Source: Escherichia coli
GTDB taxonomy: Bacteria > Pseudomonadota > Gammaproteobacteria > Enterobacterales > Enterobacteriaceae
Length of the DNA: 64,000 nucleotides
Strand: one strand, 5' to 3'
NCBI RefSeq assembly: GCF_044324875.1
Contig: NZ_CP172185.1
This document shows positions 48,500 to 59,009 of this stretch, in pieces. Below the pieces are notes generated by a model that did not search any database, was not told the origin of the DNA, and worked only from the letters and a program-made list of their open reading frames with translations. The translations under genes were made by a program, and so were the position numbers. The stretch's first letter is position 1. Each line of letters starts with the position of its first letter.

Positions 48500-50797
48500 A
48501 TGAAATGGCTATGTTCAGTAGGAATCGCGGTGAGTCTGGCCCTGCAGCCAGCACTGGCGGATGATTTATTCGGCAACCATCCATTAACGCCCGAAGCGCG
48601 GGATGCGTTCGTCACCGAACTGCTTAAGAAAATGACAGTTGATGAGAAAATTGGTCAGCTGCGCTTAATCAGCGTCGGCCCGGATAATCCGAAAGAGGCG
48701 ATCCGCGAGATGATCAAAGACGGGCAGGTTGGGGCGATTTTCAACACCGTAACCCGTCAGGATATCCGCGCCATGCAGGATCAGGTGATGGAATTAAGCC
48801 GCCTGAAAATTCCTCTTTTCTTTGCTTACGACGTGCTGCACGGTCAGCGCACGGTGTTCCCGATTAGCCTCGGTCTGGCCTCGTCTTTTAACCTCGATGC
48901 GGTGAAAACGGTCGGACGTGTCTCTGCTTATGAAGCGGCAGATGATGGCCTGAATATGACCTGGGCACCAATGGTCGATGTTTCGCGCGATCCGCGCTGG
49001 GGACGTGCTTCCGAAGGTTTTGGCGAAGATACGTATCTCACCTCAATAATGGGTAAAACCATGGTGGAAGCGATGCAGGGTAAAAGTCCGGCAGATCGCT
49101 ACTCGGTGATGACCAGCGTCAAACACTTTGCCGCTTACGGCGCGGTAGAAGGCGGTAAAGAGTACAACACCGTCGATATGAGTCCGCAGCGCCTGTTTAA
49201 TGATTATATGCCGCCGTACAAAGCGGGGCTGGACGCAGGCAGCGGCGCGGTGATGGTGGCGCTGAACTCGCTGAACGGCACGCCAGCCACCTCCGATTCA
49301 TGGCTGCTGAAAGATGTTCTGCGCGACCAGTGGGGCTTTAAAGGCATCACCGTTTCCGATCACGGCGCAATCAAAGAGCTGATTAAACATGGCACGGCGG
49401 CAGACCCGGAAGATGCGGTGCGCGTGGCGCTGAAATCCGGCATCAACATGAGTATGAGCGACGAGTACTACTCGAAGTATCTGCCTGGGTTGATCAAATC
49501 CGGCAAAGTGACCATGGAAGAGCTGGACGATGCAGCCCGCCACGTATTGAACGTTAAATATGATATGGGGTTGTTTAACGACCCATACAGCCATTTGGGG
49601 CCGAAAGAGTCTGACCCGGTTGACACCAATGCCGAAAGCCGCTTGCACCGCAAAGAAGCGCGTGAAGTGGCGCGCGAAAGCCTGGTGTTGCTGAAAAACC
49701 GTCTCGAAACGTTACCGCTGAAAAAATCCGCAACCATTGCGGTGGTTGGCCCGCTGGCAGACAGCAAGCGTGACGTGATGGGAAGCTGGTCGGCGGCAGG
49801 TGTTGCCGATCAATCCGTGACCGTGCTGACCGGGATTAAAAATGCCGTCGGTGAAAACGGTAAAGTGCTGTATGCCAAAGGGGCGAACGTTACCAGTGAC
49901 AAAGGCATTATCGACTTCCTGAATCAGTATGAAGAAGCGGTAAAAGTCGATCCGCGCTCGCCGCAAGAGATGATTGATGAAGCGGTGCAAACCGCGAAAC
50001 AATCTGATGTGGTGGTGGCTGTGGTCGGTGAAGCACAGGGGATGGCGCACGAGGCTTCCAGCCGTACCGATATCACTATTCCGCAAAGCCAACGTGACTT
50101 GATTGCGGCGCTGAAAGCCACCGGTAAACCGCTGGTGCTGGTGCTGATGAATGGGCGTCCGCTGGCGCTGGTGAAAGAAGATCAGCAGGCTGATGCGATT
50201 CTGGAAACCTGGTTTGCGGGGACTGAAGGCGGTAATGCAATTGCCGATGTATTGTTTGGCGATTACAACCCGTCCGGCAAGCTGCCGATGTCCTTCCCGC
50301 GTTCTGTCGGGCAGATCCCGGTGTACTACAGCCATCTGAACACCGGGCGTCCGTATAACGCCGATAAGCCGAACAAATACACGTCGCGTTATTTTGATGA
50401 AGCTAACGGGGCGCTTTATCCGTTCGGCTATGGTCTGAGCTACACCACTTTCACCGTCTCTGATGTGAAACTTTCCGCGCCGACCATGAAGCGTGACGGC
50501 AAAGTAACTGCCAGCGTGCAGGTGACGAACACCGGTAAGCGCGAAGGGGCGACGGTAGTGCAGATGTACTTGCAGGATGTGACGGCTTCCATGAGTCGTC
50601 CGGTGAAGCAGCTGAAAGGCTTTGAGAAAATCACCCTGAAACCGGGCGAAACCCAGACCGTCAGCTTCCCGATTGATATCGAGGCGCTGAAGTTCTGGAA
50701 TCAACAGATGAAATATGACGCCGAGCCTGGCAAGTTCAATGTCTTTATCGGCACTGATTCCGCACGCGTTAAGAAAGGCGAGTTTGAGTTGCTGTAA
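48500..50797 (+). CDS. bglX: Periplasmic beta-glucosidase (GH3)
   Basis: Start at MKWLCSVGIAVSLALQPALA signal peptide (765 aa). Confidence 0.93.
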   Translation: MKWLCSVGIAVSLALQPALADDLFGNHPLTPEARDAFVTELLKKMTVDEKIGQLRLISVGPDNPKEAIREMIKDGQVGAIFNTVTRQDIRAMQDQVMELSRLKIPLFFAYDVLHGQRTVFPISLGLASSFNLDAVKTVGRVSAYEAADDGLNMTWAPMVDVSRDPRWGRASEGFGEDTYLTSIMGKTMVEAMQGKSPADRYSVMTSVKHFAAYGAVEGGKEYNTVDMSPQRLFNDYMPPYKAGLDAGSGAVMVALNSLNGTPATSDSWLLKDVLRDQWGFKGITVSDHGAIKELIKHGTAADPEDAVRVALKSGINMSMSDEYYSKYLPGLIKSGKVTMEELDDAARHVLNVKYDMGLFNDPYSHLGPKESDPVDTNAESRLHRKEAREVARESLVLLKNRLETLPLKKSATIAVVGPLADSKRDVMGSWSAAGVADQSVTVLTGIKNAVGENGKVLYAKGANVTSDKGIIDFLNQYEEAVKVDPRSPQEMIDEAVQTAKQSDVVVAVVGEAQGMAHEASSRTDITIPQSQRDLIAALKATGKPLVLVLMNGRPLALVKEDQQADAILETWFAGTEGGNAIADVLFGDYNPSGKLPMSFPRSVGQIPVYYSHLNTGRPYNADKPNKYTSRYFDEANGALYPFGYGLSYTTFTVSDVKLSAPTMKRDGKVTASVQVTNTGKREGATVVQMYLQDVTASMSRPVKQLKGFEKITLKPGETQTVSFPIDIEALKFWNQQMKYDAEPGKFNVFIGTDSARVKKGEFELL

Positions 50798-50807
50798 TGC
50801 TTTAGCA

Positions 50808-50833
50808 AGGGCGCGACGTTTGCGCCCTTTGCC
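50808..50833 (+). terminator. bglX terminator hairpin
   Basis: agggcgc-gacgtt-tgcgccct followed by ttgcc. Confidence 0.55.
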
Positions 50834-50871
50834 TGATGTTCATATCTTAACTTGCTGAATTTTCGCCCTTT

Positions 50872-50906
50872 GTAGGCCGGATAAGGCGCTCGCGCCGCAT
50901 CCGGCA
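50872..50906. repeat. REP element
   Basis: gtaggccggataaggcgctcgcgccgcatccggca. Confidence 0.55.
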
Positions 50907-51048
50907 GGAAACGCCGGACCGAATATGCCTCTTAAGTATTTATCTGATTCTGCAACTGAATCCGTCCGCTCAGGCTAACTCTGTCATTATCAACTATGCT
51001 TTTCTCTTAATTCGCTGAAAACAACAGTAAAAGAATGAGGAAAGCATC

Positions 51049-51966
51049 ATGCCACTCTTAAAACTCTGGGCAGGTTCACTGGTTATGTTGGCAGCCGTGA
51101 GCCTGCCGCTACAGGCGGCTTCCCCCGTTAAGGTCGGTTCAAAAATTGATACCGAAGGCGCGTTGCTCGGCAACATCATCTTGCAGGTACTCGAAAGCCA
51201 CAGCGTACCGACGGTGAATAAAGTGCAACTCGGAACGACTCCTGTGGTGCGCGGGGCGATTACTTCCGGTGAACTGGATATCTATCCGGAATATACCGGC
51301 AATGGCGCGTTTTTCTTTAAAGATGAAAACGATGCGGCATGGAAAAATGCCGGGCAAGGCTACGAGAAAGTCAAAAAACTCGATGCAGAGCAAAACAAGT
51401 TAATCTGGCTGACGCCCGCGCCTGCAAATAACACCTGGACTATCGCCGTGCGTCAGGATGTGGCAGAGAAAAACAAACTCACTTCGCTTGCCGACCTGAG
51501 TCGTTATCTGAAAGAGGGCGGCGCCTTCAAACTGGCGGCCTCGGCAGAATTTATTGAACGCGCCGATGCGTTACCCGCGTTTGAAAAAGCCTATGGCTTT
51601 AAGCTCGGTCAGGATCAGTTGCTGTCACTGGCTGGTGGCGACACGGCGGTGACGATCAAAGCCGCTGCCCAGCAAACCTCTGGCGTTAATGCGGCGATGG
51701 CTTACGGCACTGACGGCCCGGTCGCGGCGCTGGGGCTGCAAACCTTAAGCGATCCGCAAGGCGTGCAACCTATCTACGCGCCTGCACCAGTGGTGCGTGA
51801 GTCGGTGTTGAAAGAGTATCCACAAATGGCACAGTGGCTACAGCCAGTCTTCGCCAGCCTCGATGAAAAAACATTGCAGCAACTGAATGCCAGCATTGCT
51901 GTGGAAGGACTGGATGCCAAAAAAGTGGCTGCCGACTACCTGAAACAAAAAGGGTGGACGAAGTAA
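51049..51966 (+). CDS. osmF: Glycine betaine-binding periplasmic protein
   Basis: 305 aa with signal peptide; first gene of a four-gene ABC operon. Confidence 0.88.
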   Translation: MPLLKLWAGSLVMLAAVSLPLQAASPVKVGSKIDTEGALLGNIILQVLESHSVPTVNKVQLGTTPVVRGAITSGELDIYPEYTGNGAFFFKDENDAAWKNAGQGYEKVKKLDAEQNKLIWLTPAPANNTWTIAVRQDVAEKNKLTSLADLSRYLKEGGAFKLAASAEFIERADALPAFEKAYGFKLGQDQLLSLAGGDTAVTIKAAAQQTSGVNAAMAYGTDGPVAALGLQTLSDPQGVQPIYAPAPVVRESVLKEYPQMAQWLQPVFASLDEKTLQQLNASIAVEGLDAKKVAADYLKQKGWTK

Positions 51967-51972
51967 TTTCCC

Positions 51973-53130
51973 GTGACTTATTTCCGTATTAATCCTGTTC
52001 TGGCGCTGCTGCTGTTGCTGACGGCAATCGCAGCGGCGCTGCCGTTTATCAGTTACGCGCCTAATCGTTTAGTTTCGGGTGAGGGGCGTCATCTCTGGCA
52101 GCTGTGGCCGCAAACGATCTGGATGCTGGTGGGCGTTGGTTGCGCCTGGATGACAGCCTGTTTTATTCCCGCTAAAAAAGGCAGCATTTTTGCACTCATT
52201 CTGGCGCAATTCGTCTTCGTATTGCTGGTGTGGGGAGCAGGAAAGGCGGCGACACAACTGGCACAAAATGGCAGTGCGCTGGCGCGTACCAGCCTCGGCA
52301 GTGGTTTCTGGCTGGCTGCGGCGCTGGCATTGCTGGCCTGTAGCGATGCCATCCGCCGAATCTCCACGCATCTGCTGTGGCGCTGGTTGTTGCATATGCA
52401 GATTGCCATTATTCCGCTGTGGTTGCTGTACTCCGGCACGCTTAACGATCTCTCGCTAATGAAAGAATACGCCAACCGTCAGGATGTGTTTGACGACGCG
52501 CTGGCACAACATCTGACGTTGCTGTTTGGTGCGGTGCTGCCTGCGTTAGTGATTGGTGTGCCGTTGGGCGTCTGGTGCTACTTTTCCACTGCGCGGCAGG
52601 GGGCGATTTTTTCGCTACTCAATGTCATTCAGACCGTGCCTTCGGTGGCGCTCTTTGGCCTGTTGATTGCGCCGCTTGCCGCGCTGGTTACGGCCTTTCC
52701 GTGGCTGGGTAAGCTCGGCATAGCAGGAACCGGAATGACACCCGCACTGATTGCGCTGGTGCTCTATGCCTTGCTGCCGCTGGTGCGCGGCGTGGTAGTC
52801 GGCTTGAACCAGATCCCGCGCGATGTGCTGGAGAGCGCCAGAGCGATGGGCATGAGCGGGGCGCAGCGATTCCTGCATGTTCAGTTACCGCTGGCGTTAC
52901 CGGTATTTCTGCGTAGCCTGCGGGTGGTGATGGTGCAAACCGTCGGCATGGCGGTGATTGCGGCGTTAATCGGCGCAGGCGGTTTTGGTGCGCTGGTTTT
53001 CCAGGGGCTGCTAAGCAGTGCCATTGATTTAGTGTTGCTGGGGGTGATCCCGGTAATTGTTCTGGCGGTGCTGATCGATGCGCTGTTCGATTTGCTTATC
53101 GCACTGCTGAAGGTGAAACGTAATGATTGA
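51973..53130 (+). CDS. yehY: ABC transporter permease
   Basis: 385 aa multi-TM. Confidence 0.88.
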   Translation: MTYFRINPVLALLLLLTAIAAALPFISYAPNRLVSGEGRHLWQLWPQTIWMLVGVGCAWMTACFIPAKKGSIFALILAQFVFVLLVWGAGKAATQLAQNGSALARTSLGSGFWLAAALALLACSDAIRRISTHLLWRWLLHMQIAIIPLWLLYSGTLNDLSLMKEYANRQDVFDDALAQHLTLLFGAVLPALVIGVPLGVWCYFSTARQGAIFSLLNVIQTVPSVALFGLLIAPLAALVTAFPWLGKLGIAGTGMTPALIALVLYALLPLVRGVVVGLNQIPRDVLESARAMGMSGAQRFLHVQLPLALPVFLRSLRVVMVQTVGMAVIAALIGAGGFGALVFQGLLSSAIDLVLLGVIPVIVLAVLIDALFDLLIALLKVKRND

Positions 53131-54049
53131 ATTTAGCCATGTCAGCAAACTGTTCGGCGCACAAAAAGCCGTTAACGATCTCAATCTCAATTTTCAGGAA
53201 GGGAGTTTTTCGGTGCTGATTGGTACATCAGGCTCCGGCAAATCCACCACCCTGAAAATGATCAACCGCCTGGTGGAGCATGACAGCGGCGTGATCCGCT
53301 TTGCCGGAGAAGAAATTCGCTCGCTGCCAGTACTGGAGTTGCGCCGCCGGATGGGCTACGCCATTCAATCTATTGGCCTGTTCCCCCACTGGAGCGTGGC
53401 GCAAAACATCGCTACCGTGCCGCAATTACAAAAATGGTCGCGGGCGCGGATTGACGATCGTATCGACGAATTAATGGCGCTACTGGGGCTGGAGCCAAAT
53501 TTGCGTGAGCGTTATCCGCATCAGCTTTCTGGCGGTCAGCAGCAACGTGTGGGAGTGGCGCGCGCACTGGCTGCCGATCCGCAAGTCTTACTGATGGATG
53601 AACCTTTTGGCGCACTGGACCCGGTAACGCGCGGCGCGTTGCAACAAGAGATGACGCGCATTCACCGTTTGCTGGGGCGCACTATTGTGCTGGTCACTCA
53701 TGATATTGATGAGGCGCTACGGCTGGCAGAACATCTGGTATTGATGGATCACGGTGAAGTGGTGCAGCAGGGCAATCCGCTGACGATGCTGACTCGTCCG
53801 GCGAATGATTTTGTCCGCCAGTTTTTTGGGCATAGTGAACTGGGTGTCCGCCTGCTTTCGTTACGTAGCGTGGCGGATTACGTGCGTCGCGAAGAACGGG
53901 CAGAAGGTGAGGCGCTGGCAGAAGAGATGACGCTACGCGATGCGCTCTCCCTGTTTGTCGCGCGGAGATGTGAAGTGCTGCCGGTGGTGAACACGCAGGG
54001 CGAGCCTTGCGGCACGCTGCATTTTCAGGATCTGCTGGTGGAGGCGTAA
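53123..54049 (+). CDS. yehX: ABC transporter ATP-binding protein
   Basis: 308 aa, Walker [10 protein letters not shown], signature LSGGQQQR; overlaps yehY by 8 nt. Confidence 0.9.
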   Translation: MIEFSHVSKLFGAQKAVNDLNLNFQEGSFSVLIGTSGSGKSTTLKMINRLVEHDSGVIRFAGEEIRSLPVLELRRRMGYAIQSIGLFPHWSVAQNIATVPQLQKWSRARIDDRIDELMALLGLEPNLRERYPHQLSGGQQQRVGVARALAADPQVLLMDEPFGALDPVTRGALQQEMTRIHRLLGRTIVLVTHDIDEALRLAEHLVLMDHGEVVQQGNPLTMLTRPANDFVRQFFGHSELGVRLLSLRSVADYVRREERAEGEALAEEMTLRDALSLFVARRCEVLPVVNTQGEPCGTLHFQDLLVEA

Positions 54050-54053
54050 GCGT

Positions 54054-54785
54054 ATGAAGATGTTGCGCGATCCGCTGTTCTGGCTCATTGCTCTGTTTGT
54101 GGCGCTGATTTTCTGGCTGCCTTACAGCCAGCCGCTGTTTGCCGCCTTGTTCCCACAACTGCCACGACCCGTTTATCAGCAAGAAAGTTTTGCAGTTCTG
54201 GCACTGGCTCATTTCTGGCTGGTGGGAATTTCGAGTTTGTTTGCGGTGATCATTGGTACTGGTGCCGGAATTGCTGTCACTCGCCCTTGGGGCGCGGAAT
54301 TTCGCCCACTGGTGGAAACTATTGCCGCCGTTGGACAGACTTTTCCGCCCGTCGCGGTGCTGGCGATTGCCGTTCCGGTGATCGGCTTTGGTCTGCAACC
54401 CGCGATTATCGCCTTGATCCTTTACGGCGTGCTGCCCGTCCTGCAGGCAACACTTGCCGGGCTGGGAGCGATTGATGCCAGCGTGACAGAAGTTGCGAAA
54501 GGTATGGGAATGAGCCGTGGTCAGCGACTGCGTAAGGTCGAGCTACCGCTGGCGGCTCCGGTGATTCTGGCGGGCGTGCGAACTTCGGTGATTATCAACA
54601 TTGGTACGGCGACGATCGCCTCAACGGTAGGGGCCAGCACGCTGGGTACGCCGATCATCATCGGGCTTAGCGGATTTAATACCGCGTATGTGATCCAGGG
54701 GGCGTTACTGGTGGCACTGGCGGCGATCATTGCAGACCGCCTGTTTGAAAGGCTGGTGCAGGCGCTTAGCCAGCACGCAAAATAA
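54054..54785 (+). CDS. yehW: ABC transporter permease
   Basis: 243 aa multi-TM. Confidence 0.88.
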
Positions 54786-54873
54786 AGGTATAACCTGCGA
54801 GCATGACGCCACCAATTCCGCCTAACGCCATAAACAGGAACAGGGCGATGACCCCAATTTTAGCTATGCGCAT
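54766..54873 (-). CDS. yohO: Small membrane protein YohO (35 aa)
   Basis: Minus-strand [38 protein letters not shown]; 3' end overlaps yehW 3' end antisense; below ORF-track cutoff. Confidence 0.65.
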
Positions 54874-54932
54874 AATGCACTCCTTATGTTAACGAAAGGA
54901 TTGTACAGTAAAGCGCATTTGTTAACGAATCA

Positions 54933-55616
54933 TTAAATGCCGAGTGGGAAAATATCATGGCCTTGTTCCTGCCAACTGGTAAGTTGCTGCTGTTGGGCGG
55001 AGGTTCGATTTTCACCGCACCACACCAGCAATGTACGGCCTTCGAACAGTTCAGGGCGTAGTTGATTGAGCGAGTGGGCGAGGACATCAATGCGCCATCC
55101 TTGTTGACTGGCAATCCAGCCCTCCAGCCATAGACGGGTGGTATCGTGAATATTCCAGCCAACCACCAGCGCATCTTTACCCTGTTTTTTACGTGCCGAA
55201 GCCAGGCAAATGGCGATGTAGTTGATCAGTACGCCGTCAAGGATCGCCAGCAGCGCCTGGAGGGTCGGTTGTTGGCACTGAAGTCGTCGGCGCAGAGGAA
55301 TAAACAGATGCGTGGTGAGTGTCTGGGCAGGGTAATCCTGACCGCGCTCTTTGATCCACGTTCGCAGGCTATGCAGATTGCCGCTTTGCAGGTAAGTCAG
55401 TAATGTTTCTTGCTGATCGCGCCAGCCGTTCTGCACATCAACATTTTCATTACTGAGCAGCATTTTAACTTTGCTGACCTGCACGCCGTTGTCGATCCAG
55501 CGTTTGATCTCGCGGATCCGGTCAATATCGGCATCGTTGAACAGCCGATGGCCGCCGTCTGTCCGTTGCGGTTTCAGCAATCCGTAACGCCTCTGCCACG
55601 CGCGTAACGTGACAGG
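54933..55616 (-). pseudogene. mlrA: MerR-family regulator MlrA (YehV) lacking its 5' end, interrupted by prophage insertion
   Basis: Reading frame matches MlrA from ...PVTLRAWQRRYGLLKPQRTDGGHRLF to C-terminus FPLGI; upstream in frame the expected N-terminus (MALYTIGEVALLCDIN) is absent and a stop lies at 55650-55652; no ATG start. Confidence 0.8.
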
Positions 55617-55654
55617 GATTAAGGGTAAACTAACTGATTTTACAAGTTTTTATT

Positions 55655-56941
55655 TTACCCCACTTTCTTATGGGGCATACATGGGACACTTTCAGATAGT
55701 CTTTTGTTAAGGAGTTCTATCTGTTCGTGATTGTTGTCTTTCATCCATGCTCCGTAAACATTGAATACCATTTGTGCGTTTGTGTGGCCCATCTGGCTTG
55801 CGATAAAACTAGGATTAGCTCCAGCGGCAAGTGACCAGCATGCATAAGTATGCCTGGATTGGTACGATTTTCTGTGTCTCAGACCTGCGCGTTTTAAGAT
55901 ACTTGTCCATGACTCCCTGATGGAGTCAACCTTATAGTGCGGTCCGGAAAACTGCCGCTGTTTTATTACCTGAGGACTAAAAACAAAAGTGCATTTATGC
56001 ACAGTACTTCTCCCATATTCCCTCTGCTTTACCTCTACAGAATGTTGCTTTCCAAGCATGGTCATTTCCGCCTGACTTTTAAGAGCATCAATAGCTGGTT
56101 GAACCAGATGAATTGTCCTTCCGGTGCCAGCATCGGTTTTTGGTGGAGTGAATTCGCCAAGTTTTGTATAATTCCTACGGATGGTTATAGTCCTTGCTTT
56201 AAGGTCTATATCTTCCCATGCCAGCGATACCAACTCCCCGTGACGAATACCCGTGTATACAGCGAGAATCCACAGGTTTTTTGTTTGTTGATGACGGCAA
56301 GCCTCAATAAAACGAATAAATTCGTCACGGGTGAGAGGATCTGGTTTTACCTTGGACTTTTTTAAGGGAGCCAGACCGTTAAATGGGTTTCCTGAGGTAT
56401 AACCATTATCTGTTGCAAATTGAAACATTCCAGCTATGGTTGTCATATAGTAGTTTACCGTGACCACTGAGCGCCCTTTTATGGAAGAAGTCTTTCCATT
56501 AGAAAGCTTTTGGTAACCGGTCAACAAATCTCTCCTTACGAAAAGTAAATCCTCTTTTGTTATGGATGAAACCAGTTTTTTTTCACCTAACATTGGTAAC
56601 ATGTTTTTAATTACTGACTGGTAACGGTTAAGTGCATTCGCACAAATCTCAATTTTCTTAAGGTCCAACCATTTTTCCGAAAGTGCCTTAACGGTTATCT
56701 CTCTTTTTCCCAGACCAAAGTGTTTCAGGTTAGGGGAATTAGGGAACTGCGCGGCGTAGTCGAAACTCCCCATTCTGATTGCAAAACAAACGGAAGTGCG
56801 AAGTTCACCTGCGATCTTCCGGTTTTTGGCGGTGTCAGGAACACCGAGGTTTTCTCTGACACGTTTGCCATTATAGTGAAACCATATACGGAGTGATCCT
56901 CCATGGTTTTCAACGCCTGTCGGGTATGATACGTTACTCAT
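55655..56941 (-). CDS. int: Phage tyrosine integrase
   Basis: 428 aa; conserved boxes TGIRHGELVSL and HRKSYQSRHTYACW ... VYGAW; SD gggagg; 3' end faces the att junction. Confidence 0.88.
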   Translation of the reverse strand: MSNVSYPTGVENHGGSLRIWFHYNGKRVRENLGVPDTAKNRKIAGELRTSVCFAIRMGSFDYAAQFPNSPNLKHFGLGKREITVKALSEKWLDLKKIEICANALNRYQSVIKNMLPMLGEKKLVSSITKEDLLFVRRDLLTGYQKLSNGKTSSIKGRSVVTVNYYMTTIAGMFQFATDNGYTSGNPFNGLAPLKKSKVKPDPLTRDEFIRFIEACRHQQTKNLWILAVYTGIRHGELVSLAWEDIDLKARTITIRRNYTKLGEFTPPKTDAGTGRTIHLVQPAIDALKSQAEMTMLGKQHSVEVKQREYGRSTVHKCTFVFSPQVIKQRQFSGPHYKVDSIRESWTSILKRAGLRHRKSYQSRHTYACWSLAAGANPSFIASQMGHTNAQMVFNVYGAWMKDNNHEQIELLNKRLSESVPCMPHKKVG

Positions 56942-56974
56942 TAAACCTCCCAGACGTCCAGGAGCATTAACAGG

Positions 56975-57229
56975 TTAACCGGAACTTGCATTTTTGGCAC
57001 CTGGTTGTTTCTGGTTTTCGATCCATCGCATAATTTCTTCGATGTTGTACAGGCATTCACTGTAGTGCCCCGGATCACCTTCTACAGCGTAATGGCGGTA
57101 TTCTTTTCCCTGCATCCATGACTTTCTTCTTGCCCGCTCAATGGTGCCAGGCTTTAGCCCTGTTGATGCAATGAGGACTCTCTCCGTACACCATTTGCTG
57201 GGGGTTATCTGATAGATGATTGTCTGCAT
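56975..57229 (-). CDS. Putative excisionase / small DNA-binding protein
   Basis: 84 aa immediately upstream of int in the same operon, basic, SD gagg; function inferred from position only. Confidence 0.45.
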   Translation of the reverse strand: MQTIIYQITPSKWCTERVLIASTGLKPGTIERARRKSWMQGKEYRHYAVEGDPGHYSECLYNIEEIMRWIENQKQPGAKNASSG

Positions 57230-57247
57230 GCCAACCTCATAAAATTT

Positions 57248-57382
57248 TCATCCACGGCAGTGGCACCACACATCAAACATTCGCTTCACAACTTCACGAC
57301 AGTAGAAGCCGTCAACATCTCGCGTCAGGTCATAGCGATTGCCATAACGCTGGCGCACCCATAGTTCAAATGCTTTATTCAT
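57248..57382 (-). CDS. Candidate small Cys/His-containing protein (45 aa)
   Basis: MNKAFELWVRQRYGNRYDLTRDVDGFYCREVVKRMFDVWCHCRG; starts 3 nt after the stop of the upstream gene; not in ORF track. Confidence 0.3.
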   Translation of the reverse strand: MNKAFELWVRQRYGNRYDLTRDVDGFYCREVVKRMFDVWCHCRG

Positions 57383-57385
57383 TCT

Positions 57386-57628
57386 TTACTTCCTTTTCAT
57401 GGCCCGTAATTTTTTCAGATGAGCTTCCTGCTCTGTTTCTGCCAGAATTTGTCGGTATTCCTGGTGATCGAGCCGTTCAAACAGTTCATTAAAATCGTTT
57501 ATTTTTACCGACTGTGTTCTCCCATCCATTCTTCTGTACAACACAGTGTTGTTTATGCAGCGAATAATTTTTACCGGGTAGCCAGCACTATCGGTGTATA
57601 TCTGACCACGTTGAATCAGAGCGAACAT
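57386..57628 (-). CDS. Hypothetical phage protein (80 aa)
   Basis: Track ORF, same orientation as the operon. Confidence 0.5.
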   Translation of the reverse strand: MFALIQRGQIYTDSAGYPVKIIRCINNTVLYRRMDGRTQSVKINDFNELFERLDHQEYRQILAETEQEAHLKKLRAMKRK

Positions 57629-57715
57629 TCCTTTATCCCCAGCGGAAAAGCGAATACAGAATAAATGCCACCGCTATTGCAACTCCTACTGCGGTGAATG
57701 CTTCAGGCCAATTCA

Positions 57716-58345
57716 TCATTTCACCTCCACGCCGATCCCGGCAATAACACAATCCCGTTTGATAGCTTCTTTCACCCAGCGTTTATAGGTTTCCGGATGG
57801 AATTTTGCGTTTTTTCCGGTACCGCTCCAGAATGCCTTTGATGTGATATCGGGCAGGGTGATGGTCAGGCCTTTCTTCTTGCTGCCTTCAGAACTTTTGC
57901 AAAAAGTTAATGCGTCGCGTAGTTCTTTAACACACGCATAGTTTTCTGCTTTCTCTGGGTCGCCGGTACGGTGTTCAGCTTCTTGTCTGCACCATTTGAT
58001 GACTTTCTCTGCGGCTGCGTGGAGACGCTGACGTTGCCAGTCGTATGTGTCGACCAGCCCATATGCGTGATTCTTTGCTTTGCTTAATTCAGCGACGAGG
58101 CATTCGGAATCAATCAAATTATTTTCCGCAGCGGACAGCGCTTGTTTAAGTCGCTCGATTTCTTGAGCCATGTAGTAGCCGGTTTTACTCCAGGTATCGA
58201 CATCATCGTCACTCATATCCAGTTCCATCGACGCCATCAGAACGGCGTCGTGATAGTTCTGGCTACCGCAGGTGATTGCAACGACGTAGGAGTCACTATT
58301 TTCTCGTTTATGGATAAGTACAACTGGGTTTTTGATCTTGCTCAT
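57716..58345 (-). CDS. Hypothetical phage protein (209 aa)
   Basis: Track ORF; no recognisable motif. Confidence 0.55.
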   Translation of the reverse strand: MSKIKNPVVLIHKRENSDSYVVAITCGSQNYHDAVLMASMELDMSDDDVDTWSKTGYYMAQEIERLKQALSAAENNLIDSECLVAELSKAKNHAYGLVDTYDWQRQRLHAAAEKVIKWCRQEAEHRTGDPEKAENYACVKELRDALTFCKSSEGSKKKGLTITLPDITSKAFWSGTGKNAKFHPETYKRWVKEAIKRDCVIAGIGVEVK

Positions 58346-58353
58346 TCCGCACC

Positions 58354-58449
58354 TCAGTAATTCATTAAAAATTTATATTCAATCAGCGCACCGAAAACGA
58401 CGGACGCCAGCAGCAGACCAAACAGCATGGACAGGAGGAATGACTTCAT
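58354..58449 (-). CDS. Candidate small hydrophobic protein (31 aa)
   Basis: MKSFLLSMLFGLLLASVVFGALIEYKFLMNY; ATGA start/stop overlap with the upstream 74-aa gene; not in ORF track. Confidence 0.3.
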   Translation of the reverse strand: MKSFLLSMLFGLLLASVVFGALIEYKFLMNY

Positions 58450-58670
58450 CGCTTTGCCTCCCGCTGTACGATTTTGTAGGCGCGCAGGATGTCGCGTGTT
58501 TTTCCTGACAACGATGACTTAACCCAGAAAAAGCCGCTGCGGTTTTCATAGATCCCCTGTACATTAAACAGCACCGCATCAACAACGCGGTTATGCTTTT
58601 GCAATGTCAGGCAGGAACTGGTGATCACGATGTTCGCTACGGCGCCATAGTCCTTGTATTGGATTTTCAT
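58446..58670 (-). CDS. Hypothetical phage protein (74 aa)
   Basis: Track ORF; start abuts the stop of the 112-aa gene. Confidence 0.5.
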   Translation of the reverse strand: MKIQYKDYGAVANIVITSSCLTLQKHNRVVDAVLFNVQGIYENRSGFFWVKSSLSGKTRDILRAYKIVQREAKR

Positions 58671-59009
58671 TTACATGTTCCCCATAACGGTATCGCTCAT
58701 GTCGTTAACCATGCTCTGCCAGATTTCTTTGCCGCTTTGCGTCAGCTCGTTTCCACGAACGCATTTGCTTAACAGCTGAATACCAACGGCTTCCCATTGG
58801 GGGTAATTTTCTTTGATAGCCTTCAGAGCATAACCATCGATTAAATCCCTGATACCTTTAACCCCACCGATGATGTTTACTCGTATGGATTGCCCATTGA
58901 CATTAATCATGAAATGATCTCCGTTGGTGGCGGATATGTGGTTGTGCAGTGCAGCCGCATACTGATTTGCCAGCGCATTGAGGCGGAAATTTTGTGTAAT
59001 GAGTGGCAT
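58671..59009 (-). CDS. Hypothetical phage protein (112 aa)
   Basis: Track ORF; TAATG overlap with the upstream ORF6N gene. Confidence 0.5.
   Translation of the reverse strand: MPLITQNFRLNALANQYAAALHNHISATNGDHFMINVNGQSIRVNIIGGVKGIRDLIDGYALKAIKENYPQWEAVGIQLLSKCVRGNELTQSGKEIWQSMVNDMSDTVMGNM

Noticed and set aside
49712-50704. 330-aa minus-strand ORF
   Set aside because: Antisense within bglX; Arg/His-rich antisense-frame composition
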